Part shown: piece by piece, positions 1-9,995 of the stretch | Numbering within the stretch: the first letter of the stretch is position 1 | Layout of the letters: each line of letters opens with the position of its first letter | Assembly: GCA_037439545.1 (NCBI GenBank) | Contig: JBBIVV010000003.1 | Span: 26,104 to 90,103 of the forward strand | Source of the DNA: a bacterium | GTDB lineage: Bacteria > JAMCPX01 | Length of the DNA: 64,000 bases | Reading direction: 5' to 3' | Notes under the pieces: model-generated | What the model was told of the DNA's origin: nothing | What the model saw: only the letters and a program-made list of their open reading frames with translations | Database searches by the model: none | Translations under genes and position numbers: made by a program

Positions 1-614
1 ATGTATTTCAAAATGCTTTTATCGGGCTCTGTCAGGAAGAGCGTGAGCATCAATGGTACAACCATGACGAGGTAATCGGTCGAAAAGTTGGTCAGTCCCA
101 TGGTACTTGCAGGGTTTGGACGCCCCCATTGATCGAGCGGAAGGGCAAGGAAATGAAAAGACTGCATCATGCCGTAAATACTGACTGCAATAGATACGAT
201 TGTTATGATAATACCGATTGTCCTGAGTTTGATATTTCTTGCATAATAGATGAACAGGAAAAAAGGCATCTGATAGGCAGCCTGCTTTATGAGCATCTGT
301 GCCGAGAGGTGTATATTATAGGCATGGAATGCCGACAGGCATGCAATGAGATCGAGCAGTAACAGCGGGATAAGTACCGGTGTATAGAAGAAATCTATGT
401 TCCGGTTCAGCATGGATCTTAAGAAATAAATAATAATGACGGGCCAGAGAAACAGATAGAGTACGAATACCTTCGACCAGATGTACTCGCTCCTGTAAAA
501 GACCAGGGGAACAAGGAACAGCAGCAGCAAAAGACTCGCTATGCTGATAGAATCAAGCCTGCTTGCGATGGTATCGCCCTGCTTAATCAGGATTCTTTGA
601 TTCTCAATCTTCAA
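1..614 (-). CDS. O-antigen ligase (Wzy_C/WaaL-like) family membrane protein, N-terminal part; runs off the window edge
   Basis: Not in the ORF track. My translation from TTG at 614 gives MKIENQRILIKQG...LLLLLFLVPLVFY...SIYGMMQ...NPASTMGLTNFSTDYLVMVVP, open to position 1. It has several TM segments and an 'ST.G..N..A.YL'-like motif, and overlaps the upstream stop codon. Confidence 0.6.
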   Translation of the reverse strand, partial: MKIENQRILIKQGDTIASRLDSISIASLLLLLFLVPLVFYRSEYIWSKVFVLYLFLWPVIIIYFLRSMLNRNIDFFYTPVLIPLLLLDLIACLSAFHAYNIHLSAQMLIKQAAYQMPFFLFIYYARNIKLRTIGIIITIVSIAVSIYGMMQSFHFLALPLDQWGRPNPASTMGLTNFSTDYLVMVVPLMLTLFLTEPDKSILKY

Positions 615-3180
615 ATTCCACACCCACTTTTTTCAGCGGCGCATTTATAATGTCATGGTAAAGTATGCCGAGCCCCTTTTCTATTATATCAACAGGACCT
701 ATGAGCCTGTTGTCTACCCTTTTTACGACCATAAAGAGTTTTCCTGTCCTATCTATGCCCAATTCCTCTATAAAAGGTCTGATATTAAACTCGCCGGTCT
801 TTTTTTTCTGGTTCAATGATACCATAAATATTTTACTGCTCAAAAGCAAATCTATGGCTGAACTTAATACCGACAAACTGCAACTGCTTACCGCATCGAG
901 CATGAGCTCGTAATGTACCGACTTTACCGCGATACCGGCCGGTCTTGCACCGTAGGGCAGGAGAGTGACATTCATAAACTCCAGCCCCTGGTGCCCGTAT
1001 TTTTTTAAAGCCTCAAGGACTTTACCCGCATCAATATTTCCATAGAGTTTTATATCAATGTATTCGGCACTGCTTTCAATGCCGACAGGTATAGGATCGC
1101 TGAACGATACAATGGGTTTTGGATGAAATCCGGATGTGTATGCCAGGGGCAGTTTTGCCCTGTGGATCGCATGCATGAGGAAGTCCATAAGTTCGAGATG
1201 GCCGAGGAACCTTATCAAGCCTGATTTTGTATAGTGCACCCGTATGTTCGTGGTCCACTGATTCGGTGTTTCTTCGGGTCCTTTAATTGCCTTTTGAACA
1301 CCGGATGATTTTTGCAGAGGTTCTTTAGATGCTACCGGTTCGATATATTTAAAATCGCATACGCCGCAATCGGTGCATACAGCCTGAAAACAATCCTCCG
1401 TGATAAGCTGCGACCGTGACTTCTCGTATTCCTGGCGGAGGAAAGACTTCGGTATAAAGGTATCGATATGATCCCAGGGAAGGGACTCATCAGCGGTCCG
1501 TTCTCTGATCAGGTCCGATAACGACAGCCCGTGAGCCTTTAGTGCATCAAGCCATACCTGATAGTCAAAACCGGATGAAGGATCGTCAACCGGTTTATGG
1601 ATTTCTTCCTCCGGGGATAAGCCGCGTGTGGCCGCAGATTTTAATTCGTGTGCTAAAACATCTTCAATGACAGGCCCCATTCTCCTGTCAGCCCTTGCAA
1701 GTACAGCCTCTATGACGCTTATCTCAGGCGTCTGGTATTTTATAACGACACCCGTTTTCCTTACGATATCCCTTACCATGAATAATCTTCTCCTGAATTC
1801 CCCCGGTGTAATCATCTCGGCCCACTGAAACGGCGTATGGGGTTTTGGGATGAACGCCGATATGCTTGCATTGATCTTGGTTTTCCTGTTGTTTTTTCTG
1901 ACCGCAGCATGGATACGTTTTATAAGCTCCCCCATACCCGTAACGTCATCATCTGTTTCAAGCGGCAGTCCAAGCATAAAGTAAAGCTTTATGGTCTGCC
2001 ACCCCTTCTTTGCCGCAAGTTCAACGGAGGCGAGGATCTCGTCTTCTGTGATGTTTTTATTTATAATGTTCCTCATCCTCTGGGTGCCTGCTTCTATTGC
2101 AACGGTGAACCCCGTTTTCCTTACCTGTTTTATCTGGTCGAGTATGGAATCCGCGACAGAATCTATTCTTAAAGAGGGGAGTGACAGGGAGCACCTGTCA
2201 TCGATAAATTCAGACATGAAGGCTTTCAAAAGCGGAAGTATATGGGTATAGTCCCCTGCACTGAGTGAGAGAAGGCTTACATCTGAAAATCCGGACACAT
2301 CGATGTTCTGTTTTATTTCTTTCAGTACCGTATCCATGTCTTTTTCCCTGACAGGCCTGTAGATCATGCCTGCCTGACAGAACCTGCAGCCTTTAGTACA
2401 GCCGCGTGCGATTTCAACAACAAGCCTGTCATGGACCGGTTTTAAAAAAGGTATCAGTGCATGTTTCAATGCCGAGCTGTTGATACCGGGCAGTATTCTC
2501 CTCTTAACGCCTGGTGTTGATTTACCGTAAGGCACAATGCCTTTGAATTTGTCCTGTCCGTCGATGACCTGTTCGAAAAGTGATGGCACGTACACCCCTT
2601 TTACAGAGGAGAGCGTGTTCAGGCATGACTCTCTGGAAAGCCCCTGCTCTTTGCATCGTATGACAATATCTATAATCTCTTTTATAGCCTCTTCGCCGTC
2701 GCCGATCACGAACGCATCGAAGAAATCCGCAACAGGTTCTGGGCTAAAAGCGCAACTGCCTCCTCCAAGAACGAGCGGAAACAGCTTTTTTCTTTTCCCA
2801 GAGCGTGCCTCCAGCCCCGACAGCTTCATGACGCGCAAAGCATTGGTGTAATTGAGTTCTGTCTGGAGTGTGATGCCTATGATATCGAATTCGTCAAGAG
2901 GCGTGTCCGTTTCGATGGACGAGAGTTTTGACGCATGCCTTTTCATCATTTCTTCCATGTCGCTCCCCGGCAGGTATGCCCTCTCAGCGAGTGCATAGGG
3001 CAGATCATTTATCAGCTCATAGAGTATTTTCAAGCCGAGGTTTGCTATGCCGACCTCATACAGATCAGGGTAAACAAGGACGGTCTTTAATTTTACCGAG
3101 TTATGCTGTTTTACTATGGCGTTTGGCTCGGGCCCTATGTATCTGGCGGGCCTTCTCACGTACGATAAAAGCTCTCTCAT
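604..3180 (-). CDS. TIGR03960-type B12-binding radical SAM protein fused to a TIGR03936-type radical SAM-linked domain
   Basis: N-terminal RPARYIGPE and YPDLYEVG; RGCTKGCRFCQAG CxxxCxxC motif; FIPKPHTPFQW; CTDCGVC; C-terminal domain with RFLGHLEL and YTSGFHPKP. Confidence 0.88.
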   Translation of the reverse strand: MRELLSYVRRPARYIGPEPNAIVKQHNSVKLKTVLVYPDLYEVGIANLGLKILYELINDLPYALAERAYLPGSDMEEMMKRHASKLSSIETDTPLDEFDIIGITLQTELNYTNALRVMKLSGLEARSGKRKKLFPLVLGGGSCAFSPEPVADFFDAFVIGDGEEAIKEIIDIVIRCKEQGLSRESCLNTLSSVKGVYVPSLFEQVIDGQDKFKGIVPYGKSTPGVKRRILPGINSSALKHALIPFLKPVHDRLVVEIARGCTKGCRFCQAGMIYRPVREKDMDTVLKEIKQNIDVSGFSDVSLLSLSAGDYTHILPLLKAFMSEFIDDRCSLSLPSLRIDSVADSILDQIKQVRKTGFTVAIEAGTQRMRNIINKNITEDEILASVELAAKKGWQTIKLYFMLGLPLETDDDVTGMGELIKRIHAAVRKNNRKTKINASISAFIPKPHTPFQWAEMITPGEFRRRLFMVRDIVRKTGVVIKYQTPEISVIEAVLARADRRMGPVIEDVLAHELKSAATRGLSPEEEIHKPVDDPSSGFDYQVWLDALKAHGLSLSDLIRERTADESLPWDHIDTFIPKSFLRQEYEKSRSQLITEDCFQAVCTDCGVCDFKYIEPVASKEPLQKSSGVQKAIKGPEETPNQWTTNIRVHYTKSGLIRFLGHLELMDFLMHAIHRAKLPLAYTSGFHPKPIVSFSDPIPVGIESSAEYIDIKLYGNIDAGKVLEALKKYGHQGLEFMNVTLLPYGARPAGIAVKSVHYELMLDAVSSCSLSVLSSAIDLLLSSKIFMVSLNQKKKTGEFNIRPFIEELGIDRTGKLFMVVKRVDNRLIGPVDIIEKGLGILYHDIINAPLKKVGVEFED

Positions 3181-3920
3181 ATCGTACCGGTATAATATTT
3201 CAGATCAAATCTGCCGTCTTGAAACACGACATAGCTGTAATCTTTAAACCAATTACCCGCGTTGATATACGTTATTTTCTTGCCGTTGAAGGTCGATTCC
3301 CTGATCTCGGGTACATGGAAATGGGCTGAAATAATGACATCGAACCCCTGCAGGGCCTTCTCGCCGATATACGCGTCAATGACGGATTCCGGCATTGTCC
3401 TTTTTACGGTCCACACCTCCCTGCTGCGTTTTGACATGTTTGATGCGACGCGTCTTGCGAGCCATGCCGGCAGAAGTTCTGATAGTAAACGGCTGAACCT
3501 GCTTCTCAGGATCCACCGCAGCATTCTGTATTTTTTGTCCGTAGAGTCAATCATATCGCCGTGCGTGATAAAGCACTTTATGCCGTCGAGCTGCATACTG
3601 ATGCCGTCCTCGATCACATGGATGTCTTCAAACATGCTTTTCAGGGTATGTTTTATGAAAAAGTCGTGGTTGCCTATATGATAATATATCTTTACACCTT
3701 TGCCGGACAGTTGTTTCACAGTGTTCAAAAGCGGAATATAAAAAGGGTCTATGAATCCGCCGGGACTTACCCAGTAATCAAAAATATCGCCAAGCAAAAA
3801 CAGGATGTCGGGAACAACCGGATGCTGCGTACTCAAACCATCGAGGAACGATACAAGCCTTTCCTGGTTCGGATCGCCTTTGCCCCTTAGGTGTGCATCA
3901 GAAAGAAATATACAGTACAT
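3177..3920 (-). CDS. lpxH: UDP-2,3-diacylglucosamine diphosphatase (LpxH-like metallophosphoesterase)
   Basis: FLSDAHL, LLGDIFDYW, GNHDF, HGD, AHFH and NAGNW motifs. Start moved to ATG 3920 (MYCIFLSDAH), which lies 6 nt after a TATAAT. Confidence 0.8.
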   Translation of the reverse strand: MYCIFLSDAHLRGKGDPNQERLVSFLDGLSTQHPVVPDILFLLGDIFDYWVSPGGFIDPFYIPLLNTVKQLSGKGVKIYYHIGNHDFFIKHTLKSMFEDIHVIEDGISMQLDGIKCFITHGDMIDSTDKKYRMLRWILRSRFSRLLSELLPAWLARRVASNMSKRSREVWTVKRTMPESVIDAYIGEKALQGFDVIISAHFHVPEIRESTFNGKKITYINAGNWFKDYSYVVFQDGRFDLKYYTGTI

Positions 3921-4176
3921 GAGCGAATTATAATCCGCCCGGCTGGCAGTAGTCAAATGTTTGAATAACTTAGGACATCCATAGATACATCGTCCTGACT
4001 TTCCCAATTAGTGCGGCTTTTTATCAAGAATCACGCTGAGAGTATTACCTGAGACTTCTTCTTTTGAGCCTCAATTACCCGTTTCATGCAAAGGGCAACA
4101 AAGACAATTAAGATATGATATCTGATAGAGGTTTCTAAATGATGATAATGAAGCAAGGATCCATTTTATTCTAAAG

Positions 4177-4353
4177 CTGGATTCCCGTTGGAATCTATCC
4201 CGCGATTGGCGGGACGGGAATGACGGAAAGGGAGACAGGAACTTCATGCACCCCTCGTCCCTCTTGGTAGAGGAGAAAAGAAGATACCCCGTTTCCGCGA
4301 CCCAAGCCTTGCTTGGGTACTCCGACGGGAACACCCCTTTATAAAAGGGGAAT
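4177..4353. repeat. Cluster of REP-like palindromes
   Basis: ctggATTCCCG...CGGGAATgac with an internal tcccgc/gcggga hairpin; CCTCT-tggt-AGAGG; acccaagc-ctt-gcttgggt; ccccttt-ata-aaagggg. Confidence 0.65.
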
Positions 4354-4367
4354 TCTTCACCCCTTGC

Positions 4368-5585
4368 CTACTCGTACCGCAGCGCTTCTATGGGGTTGAG
4401 CTTGGACGCCTTGGTAGCGGGGTACAGTCCGAAGAACACACCCACTGCGAATGAGAAAAAGAACGCAATGGCGACCGGCAGGGCGTTTACCTGTATAGGT
4501 ATCTTGATGAACGAGGCAGCCGTAAGGCTGAGCGCGGACCCGAGTATGATGCCGATGATACCGCCTATGGTACTGAGGATAATGGCCTCGAAGAGGAACT
4601 GGAGCAGGATGTCCCGCCTTTTTGCGCCCACCGCCATCCGTATGCCGATCTCCCTTGTCCTTTCGGTCACGGATACGAGCATGATGTTCATAATGCCTAT
4701 GCCGCCGACTATGAGTGCTATCGATGCGATACTTCCGAGGAAGATTGTCAGCAGGTTCGTAATGTTCATGATGGCGGACAGCATATCGGTTACGTTGCGG
4801 ATGGTAAAGTCATCGTCAGCCTCGGCCTTTATGTTATGCCTCTGGCGCAGCAGAGATTCTATCTCCTGCTGGGCTGCATTGACGGACGAGCTCGATATTG
4901 CTTTGACAAAGATCAGATTGAGATAGTCTATTCCGAGCAATTTCTTCTGTATGGTCGTATACGGCGCAAGGATCATGTCGTCCTGGTCCTGTCCGAATCC
5001 GGCTGTGCCTTTTGATGCCATAACGGCAACGACCCTGAACGGCAGATTTTTGATCTTGATGATCTTGCCTATGGGGTCAATACCTCCGAACAGTTGTTCC
5101 TTTACGACCTGTCCGATGGCGCACACATTTGCCGACGCGTCTATGTCCTCTTTATCGAAGAAATTTCCTTCCGCAACAGGCCAGTCACGTATCATCGGGA
5201 AGCTTGCACCGACCCCCATGATTGTCGTTGCCCAGTTCTGATTTTGATATATGGTTTGACCGACCCACCTGACGCCGGGTGAAATATACAGTGCATCAGG
5301 GGCCTGGTTTGCTATTGCACTCGCATCCGACGGCATAAGGGTATTGACCGAACCGAATCCGCCATGTACCCCGCCCATCGAGGTACTGCCGGGAAAGATC
5401 ACCAGCAGGTTGGAGCCGAGTGCAGAAATCTGGCTCTCTATTTTTTTGCTTACACCCTGTCCTATTGAGACAAGCGCAACAACAGCAGCGATACCTATGA
5501 TAACACCGAGTCCTGTAAGAACAGAACGCATCTTGTTCTTGTAGAGCGCCCTTGTCGATACCTTGATTGCCTCGGGAAAGTTCAT
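4368..5585 (-). CDS. MacB/FtsX-family ABC transporter permease
   Basis: RSVLTGLGVIIGIAAVV; GGIGIMNIMLVSVTERTREIGIRMAVGA; FGLYPA..ASKLNPIEALRYE. Confidence 0.93.
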   Translation of the reverse strand: MNFPEAIKVSTRALYKNKMRSVLTGLGVIIGIAAVVALVSIGQGVSKKIESQISALGSNLLVIFPGSTSMGGVHGGFGSVNTLMPSDASAIANQAPDALYISPGVRWVGQTIYQNQNWATTIMGVGASFPMIRDWPVAEGNFFDKEDIDASANVCAIGQVVKEQLFGGIDPIGKIIKIKNLPFRVVAVMASKGTAGFGQDQDDMILAPYTTIQKKLLGIDYLNLIFVKAISSSSVNAAQQEIESLLRQRHNIKAEADDDFTIRNVTDMLSAIMNITNLLTIFLGSIASIALIVGGIGIMNIMLVSVTERTREIGIRMAVGAKRRDILLQFLFEAIILSTIGGIIGIILGSALSLTAASFIKIPIQVNALPVAIAFFFSFAVGVFFGLYPATKASKLNPIEALRYE

Positions 5586-5616
5586 AAAAGCTCCTTGTTT
5601 CCATTTTTTCTGTATT

Positions 5617-5671
5617 CCCCTCTTAATCTAAGAGGGGTAACACGGAAGAATGCCCCTCTTATGTAAGAGGG
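5617..5671. repeat. Two tandem REP-like palindromes
   Basis: CCCCTCTTA-atc-TAAGAGGGG (5617-5637) and CCCTCTTA-tg-TAAGAGGG (5654-5671). Confidence 0.7.
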
Positions 5672-5719
5672 ATAACGCAGAAGCTTATATGTAACTACGA
5701 AAGACTTTCTCATTTTAAG

Positions 5720-6451
5720 TTATTTCTGTCCATGTTCCACCGTGTCGGACACGACAAGACCGTCCTTGAATGTTATAATCCTCTGTGCATACTTGGCTAT
5801 ATCTTGTTCGTGGGTCACCAGTATTATGGTGACACCCATTTCTTCATTCAGATTTTTCAAGATGTTCATGATCTCATAGCTCGTTTTGCTGTCGAGGTTA
5901 CCCGTAGGCTCGTCCGCAAGGATGATGCTCGGAGAATTGACGAGAGCCCGTGCTATCGCAACGCGCTGCTGCTGTCCGCCCGAGAGCTGCTGGGGAAAAT
6001 GTTTCTCGAAACCCTTCAGTCCCATCATTTCAAGCAGCTCCAATGCCTTTTTCTGTCTCTCGTGTCTTGTTATACCGGAATATACGAGTGGTAATTCGAC
6101 ATTTTCCATGGCGCTCGTTCGTCCGAGCAGGTTGAAGTTCTGAAATATAAAACCGATCCTTTCATTACGGATCTCCGCAAGCCTGTCGGGTGTGAGAGAT
6201 GAAACATCCGTTCCTTCAAGAAGGTAGTGGCCTTCTGTCGGTTTATCAAGGCATCCAAGTATATTCATAAAGGTTGTTTTACCGGAGCCTGATGCACCTG
6301 TTATGGACACGAATGCACTCTCCGGTATTTGCAGGTTCACCTCTTTCAGTGCAGGTACGGCCACACTATCGAGGAAATAGGTCTTTTTCAGGCCTATGGC
6401 CTTTACAACGATACCGTTATTGTCCTGTCTGATATCCTGTAACAACCTCAT
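5720..6451 (-). CDS. ABC transporter ATP-binding protein (MacB/LolD-like)
   Basis: Walker [40 protein letters not shown]. Confidence 0.93.
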   Translation of the reverse strand: MRLLQDIRQDNNGIVVKAIGLKKTYFLDSVAVPALKEVNLQIPESAFVSITGASGSGKTTFMNILGCLDKPTEGHYLLEGTDVSSLTPDRLAEIRNERIGFIFQNFNLLGRTSAMENVELPLVYSGITRHERQKKALELLEMMGLKGFEKHFPQQLSGGQQQRVAIARALVNSPSIILADEPTGNLDSKTSYEIMNILKNLNEEMGVTIILVTHEQDIAKYAQRIITFKDGLVVSDTVEHGQK

Positions 6452-7607
6452 CTCCTTCTTTCAGGTCACCTTGAACAAGCTCCGTAAAGTTGTTGTTCCT
6501 GATACCGGTCTGCAGAGGTATAGGTGCAAGCTTACTGTTTTTGTATACCCACACCTTTGTTATGCGGTACCACGCCTTTTTCTCATCCTCCGGGCTGCCT
6601 GCTTTTGCCCAATCCGGCAGTTTATTATGGAGACTGTAAGTCTTTATAAGCGTGTCTGCATCCTTTGGAGCAAATCTGAGTGCTGCATTCGGGATCATCA
6701 AAATATTGTCTTTTTGACCTACGTCAATGGTAACATAGGTCGTCATGCCCGGTTTCAGTTTGAAGTCTTTATTGTCGACATAGATAATCACATCATAGTT
6801 AACGACGTTCTGGATCACGATGGGGGCATTCCTTACAATGGCGACCGTGCCGGTGAATACCGTATTCGGATATGCGTCGACGGTAAACTCCGATTTCTGG
6901 CCGACCTTTACCTTTCCTATATCGGTCTCAACCACATTCGTGTCGCTTTCCATCTTTTCAAGGTTTTCTGCAATATCGAACAAATCCGGTGTCTGGAACG
7001 ATGCCGCAACGGTCTGTCCAACATTTATATTGCGAGATACGACTATACCGTTCAGGGGAGAAATAATGCGTGTATTGTCAAGATTGAACTTCGTTGTACT
7101 GTAATTTGCCTGTGCCTGAATAAGTGCAGCTTGAGCTGCTGAAAAATTTGCAGCAGCGACGTCATACGTCGCTTTTGTCGTCTCAAGGTCTTGTTTAGAT
7201 ATGAGCTCCGGAGGGAGTGAGATCTGTCTTTCATAGTTTGCCCTGTCAAGCTCCAGAGTCGCTTTTGTCTGCAATATACCTGCCTTGGCACTGAGCAAGC
7301 TCGCAGCTGCCTGTGAGAGTGCTGCCTCAAAGGGGGTCGGATCTATAAGCGCAAGGAGCTGGCCTTTCTTTACCATGCTGTTAAAATCAGCATAGAGCTT
7401 TATGATCTTTCCCGAAACCTGACTGCCCACCTGAACCTCGACTATGGGATTGATCTGTCCTGTTGAAGTTACGGCCGAGGTAATGTTCCCTCTCTTTATA
7501 TTTTCGAATGTAAGTGAAGGCTTTTTGTCCTTTTTGACAAGAACAACTATTATTATAATTACTGCCGCAAGTACTGTACCCGCTATGATCCAATATTTAT
7601 TCTTCAT
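6417..7607 (-). CDS. MacA-type periplasmic adaptor (membrane fusion protein)
   Basis: N-terminal TM; VQVGSQVSG, ISPLNGIVVSRNINVGQTVAASFQTP, LKPGMT. Confidence 0.92.
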   Translation of the reverse strand: MKNKYWIIAGTVLAAVIIIIVVLVKKDKKPSLTFENIKRGNITSAVTSTGQINPIVEVQVGSQVSGKIIKLYADFNSMVKKGQLLALIDPTPFEAALSQAAASLLSAKAGILQTKATLELDRANYERQISLPPELISKQDLETTKATYDVAAANFSAAQAALIQAQANYSTTKFNLDNTRIISPLNGIVVSRNINVGQTVAASFQTPDLFDIAENLEKMESDTNVVETDIGKVKVGQKSEFTVDAYPNTVFTGTVAIVRNAPIVIQNVVNYDVIIYVDNKDFKLKPGMTTYVTIDVGQKDNILMIPNAALRFAPKDADTLIKTYSLHNKLPDWAKAGSPEDEKKAWYRITKVWVYKNSKLAPIPLQTGIRNNNFTELVQGDLKEGDEVVTGYQTGQ

Positions 7608-8925
7608 TGTCCGTACCCCCGTTTCCGATTACATATTCAAGGTTAGCTATCGATATATTATACGACGCAAGCGCTGTCGCGTACGATGATTCAGCACTCT
7701 GGTAAGTGCTTGCGGCAGTCAGATAATCGAGATAGTTGTTGATCCCCGCTTTGTAGCCTTTTTCGGTAAGCTCCATAGTTGCTTCAGCCTGACTCAAGGT
7801 GTCTTTTGCAACTGCTATGCTCTTTTTTGCCTGTTCAAGGTTGTTGATCGCCGACTGAACTGAAAGCTCTACCGCAAGCTTTTGCTGGTCAATCGTATAG
7901 CGAAGCTTCAGCATCTGTGCCCTTGCAACCTGCGTTGCCGAGGTACTCTGGAACCCCGAAAATATGTTAAAATCAAGCTCAAGCCCTATTGCCCAGTTCC
8001 AGACAAGAGGAAAGTCCTGCCCCGACCAGTTGTAGGAAGCGCTGCCCGAGAGCGCCGGCAGGTAGGCGCTTATGGATTGCTTGTATGAATAGGCGGCAGA
8101 ATCGAGCTGTTTCTGCAGAGAAAGATAGTCAGGCCTGTTTCCTATGGCCTTGCTTATGTACAGCGCAGCATCGGGAGAGACGGGTGATGCAGTAAGCTCC
8201 CCTGTGAATCCGATGCCTGATGTAAGAGGCAGGCCCATGAGCGAAAGCAGGTTCAGCACGTATATCTGTTTTGAATTTTCCGCTGTTATCAGATTCAGTT
8301 TAATGTTTCCCAGACTTGTCTGTGCGCTCAGAACATCTATTTTTGTCTTGAGCCCCGCCTTATAATAAGTCTCTGCCTGCTGTAACTGCGTTTCCATCTG
8401 CCGGAGCAGGTGTTTGTCAGATTCTATGATCATATTGTATTGAAGCAGATTAAAAAAATTCTGCTTCACCGTATAGATGAGCGTGTTGCGCGTCGTGGTG
8501 AGGTTGTATCTTGCCGCACGTACGAGTTCAGAGGCTGACTGCATGCCGAAATAGTTTTTGCCGAAACTAAAAAGCTGCTGACTGAGTGTTACCGATGCGG
8601 TGTAGTACGGGTAATTCGTATTGTCAGGCTGCTTATAGAACAAGGAGGTATAAGGACTCTTTGATGTGACGATAAGGTTCGAGGTGGTCCTTTGTGCATC
8701 TGCAACAGCGTTTACCTGCGGCAGGATTGCAGATCGCGCAATGCCGTAGGTGCCCCTGCTCGACAGAACATCCATCTCTGATGTCCTGAGCTGGGGGTTA
8801 TTCTCAAGGGTGGTCTTTAAACAGTCACGAAGGGTCATAACCTGTTGTTCGTCCGCCCGGGCTTTCGAAATCATGGCCGTTATGACGACGAAAGACAGTA
8901 AGATCGCTACGCTCAATGTTTTCAT
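7597..8925 (-). CDS. TolC-family outer membrane efflux protein
   Basis: Signal peptide from ATG 8925 (MKTLSVAILL...ARA); TLRDCLKTTLENNPQL; two OEP repeats (LPQV/LPAL, YYKAG/GYKAG). Confidence 0.88.
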   Translation of the reverse strand: MKTLSVAILLSFVVITAMISKARADEQQVMTLRDCLKTTLENNPQLRTSEMDVLSSRGTYGIARSAILPQVNAVADAQRTTSNLIVTSKSPYTSLFYKQPDNTNYPYYTASVTLSQQLFSFGKNYFGMQSASELVRAARYNLTTTRNTLIYTVKQNFFNLLQYNMIIESDKHLLRQMETQLQQAETYYKAGLKTKIDVLSAQTSLGNIKLNLITAENSKQIYVLNLLSLMGLPLTSGIGFTGELTASPVSPDAALYISKAIGNRPDYLSLQKQLDSAAYSYKQSISAYLPALSGSASYNWSGQDFPLVWNWAIGLELDFNIFSGFQSTSATQVARAQMLKLRYTIDQQKLAVELSVQSAINNLEQAKKSIAVAKDTLSQAEATMELTEKGYKAGINNYLDYLTAASTYQSAESSYATALASYNISIANLEYVIGNGGTDNEE

Positions 8926-8983
8926 ACTATAAACTCTTTTGCGCAGGGTTGTTCCCTCTCCCGGTACGGTAAAGGATATTCCC

Positions 8984-9466
8984 TTAACGATTGGGGCCAT
9001 GGGGGCCAGGTCCTCTCTTCTCCCGTTTCGCCATAATATTCTCTATAAATCCAAAGAACTTCTTCTGCTGATCATTATTCAATATCGTTTTTACCTCCAT
9101 GATATGGCTGACGACTGTTTTCTCGATGTTCTCTTGCACATCTCCAATGGCTTCGATGGTGTACTCAATCTTTTTGGGGTCGGGTTTATCAGTCTGCATC
9201 AGATTCAGAAGTTGCAGTCGTTTTTGAAATAATGTTTGTTTCATCGCTCTTATCTGTGCATGAAATGATTGCTGGTTTTTCATCAGGAGATCTGCCTGAT
9301 CCGAATTCAAGGTTAACTCCTTCATGAGGAACGCACGGCGTCCCGGGCCGAAAGGCGCAGGTTCATTGCCGGTATGCCGGTAATACAAAAAACCCACAGT
9401 ACCAAGAACGGCCATATTCAGGATTACTGACAGAAGCAGAAGGAACTTCAAGGTGCTATTTTTCAT
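8984..9466 (-). CDS. Periplasmic heavy-metal-sensor / Spy-CpxP-like helical protein
   Basis: TM LLLSVILN; 'LTLNSDQ' and 'ILNNDQQKKF' LTxxQ-like motifs. Confidence 0.7.
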   Translation of the reverse strand: MKNSTLKFLLLLSVILNMAVLGTVGFLYYRHTGNEPAPFGPGRRAFLMKELTLNSDQADLLMKNQQSFHAQIRAMKQTLFQKRLQLLNLMQTDKPDPKKIEYTIEAIGDVQENIEKTVVSHIMEVKTILNNDQQKKFFGFIENIMAKREKRGPGPHGPNR

Positions 9467-9905
9467 TGGTTCCCTCTAACATTGCCGTGTATGCTCCGGC
9501 GATGGAACCAGGCTGGACCGGCTCAAAGCTGTCCAGAGACAGCGACGATACAAGGGTTGTTTTCTGCTCCATGAACGTACTGCCCAGAAAACTGCCGGCC
9601 CTTGTGCCTATAATTATTATCGCGATTATAAGGACTGCCTCAGCAAGTTGTGTAAATACAGGGAAGAATGAGGGCCTTTTAACCTTGTTTTCTTCCAGAA
9701 CAGCCATGACTCTTGTCGCAAAGCCATAAGGAGCGCTGAGCTTTTCCATGTTCGTGAAGGCATTATGGATGCCCTGTATCTCCTCAAGCTCTTCGGAGCA
9801 TTTGATGCAGTTTTTTATGTGAGAATAGAACAATTCTCTTTGCAGTGATGTCATTTCACCGTCAATGGCAGCCGAGAAAAGTTTTTTTGCCTTTGAGCAT
9901 CTCAT
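9456..9905 (-). CDS. Zinc-finger (zf-HC2) membrane anti-sigma factor
   Basis: N-terminal C...IDGE...HIKNCIKC (HxxxCxxC) followed by a TM helix; lies directly after the ECF sigma gene. Confidence 0.85.
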   Translation of the reverse strand: MRCSKAKKLFSAAIDGEMTSLQRELFYSHIKNCIKCSEELEEIQGIHNAFTNMEKLSAPYGFATRVMAVLEENKVKRPSFFPVFTQLAEAVLIIAIIIIGTRAGSFLGSTFMEQKTTLVSSLSLDSFEPVQPGSIAGAYTAMLEGTNEK

Positions 9906-9926
9906 TTCTTTCTCCTTATAGGATAT

Positions 9927-9952
9927 AACGCTCTATCCTTGTTTTTTGTTCC
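9927..9952 (-). promoter_or_regulatory. Putative ECF sigma promoter
   Basis: The minus strand reads GGAAC-N17-CGTT, followed by an AAGGAG SD and the anti-sigma ATG. Confidence 0.6.
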
Positions 9953-9995
9953 GTAAACAATGACGGATGTCCCGGTTTTACGGGGAAAATATGAA

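Noticed and set aside
129..362. 77-aa Cys-containing ORF on the plus strand
   Set aside because: It is the shadow of the minus-strand membrane protein gene at 1-614.
4071..4334. 87-aa ORF in the lpxH-macB gap
   Set aside because: It runs through the palindromic repeat cluster, has no SD and has no recognisable domain.
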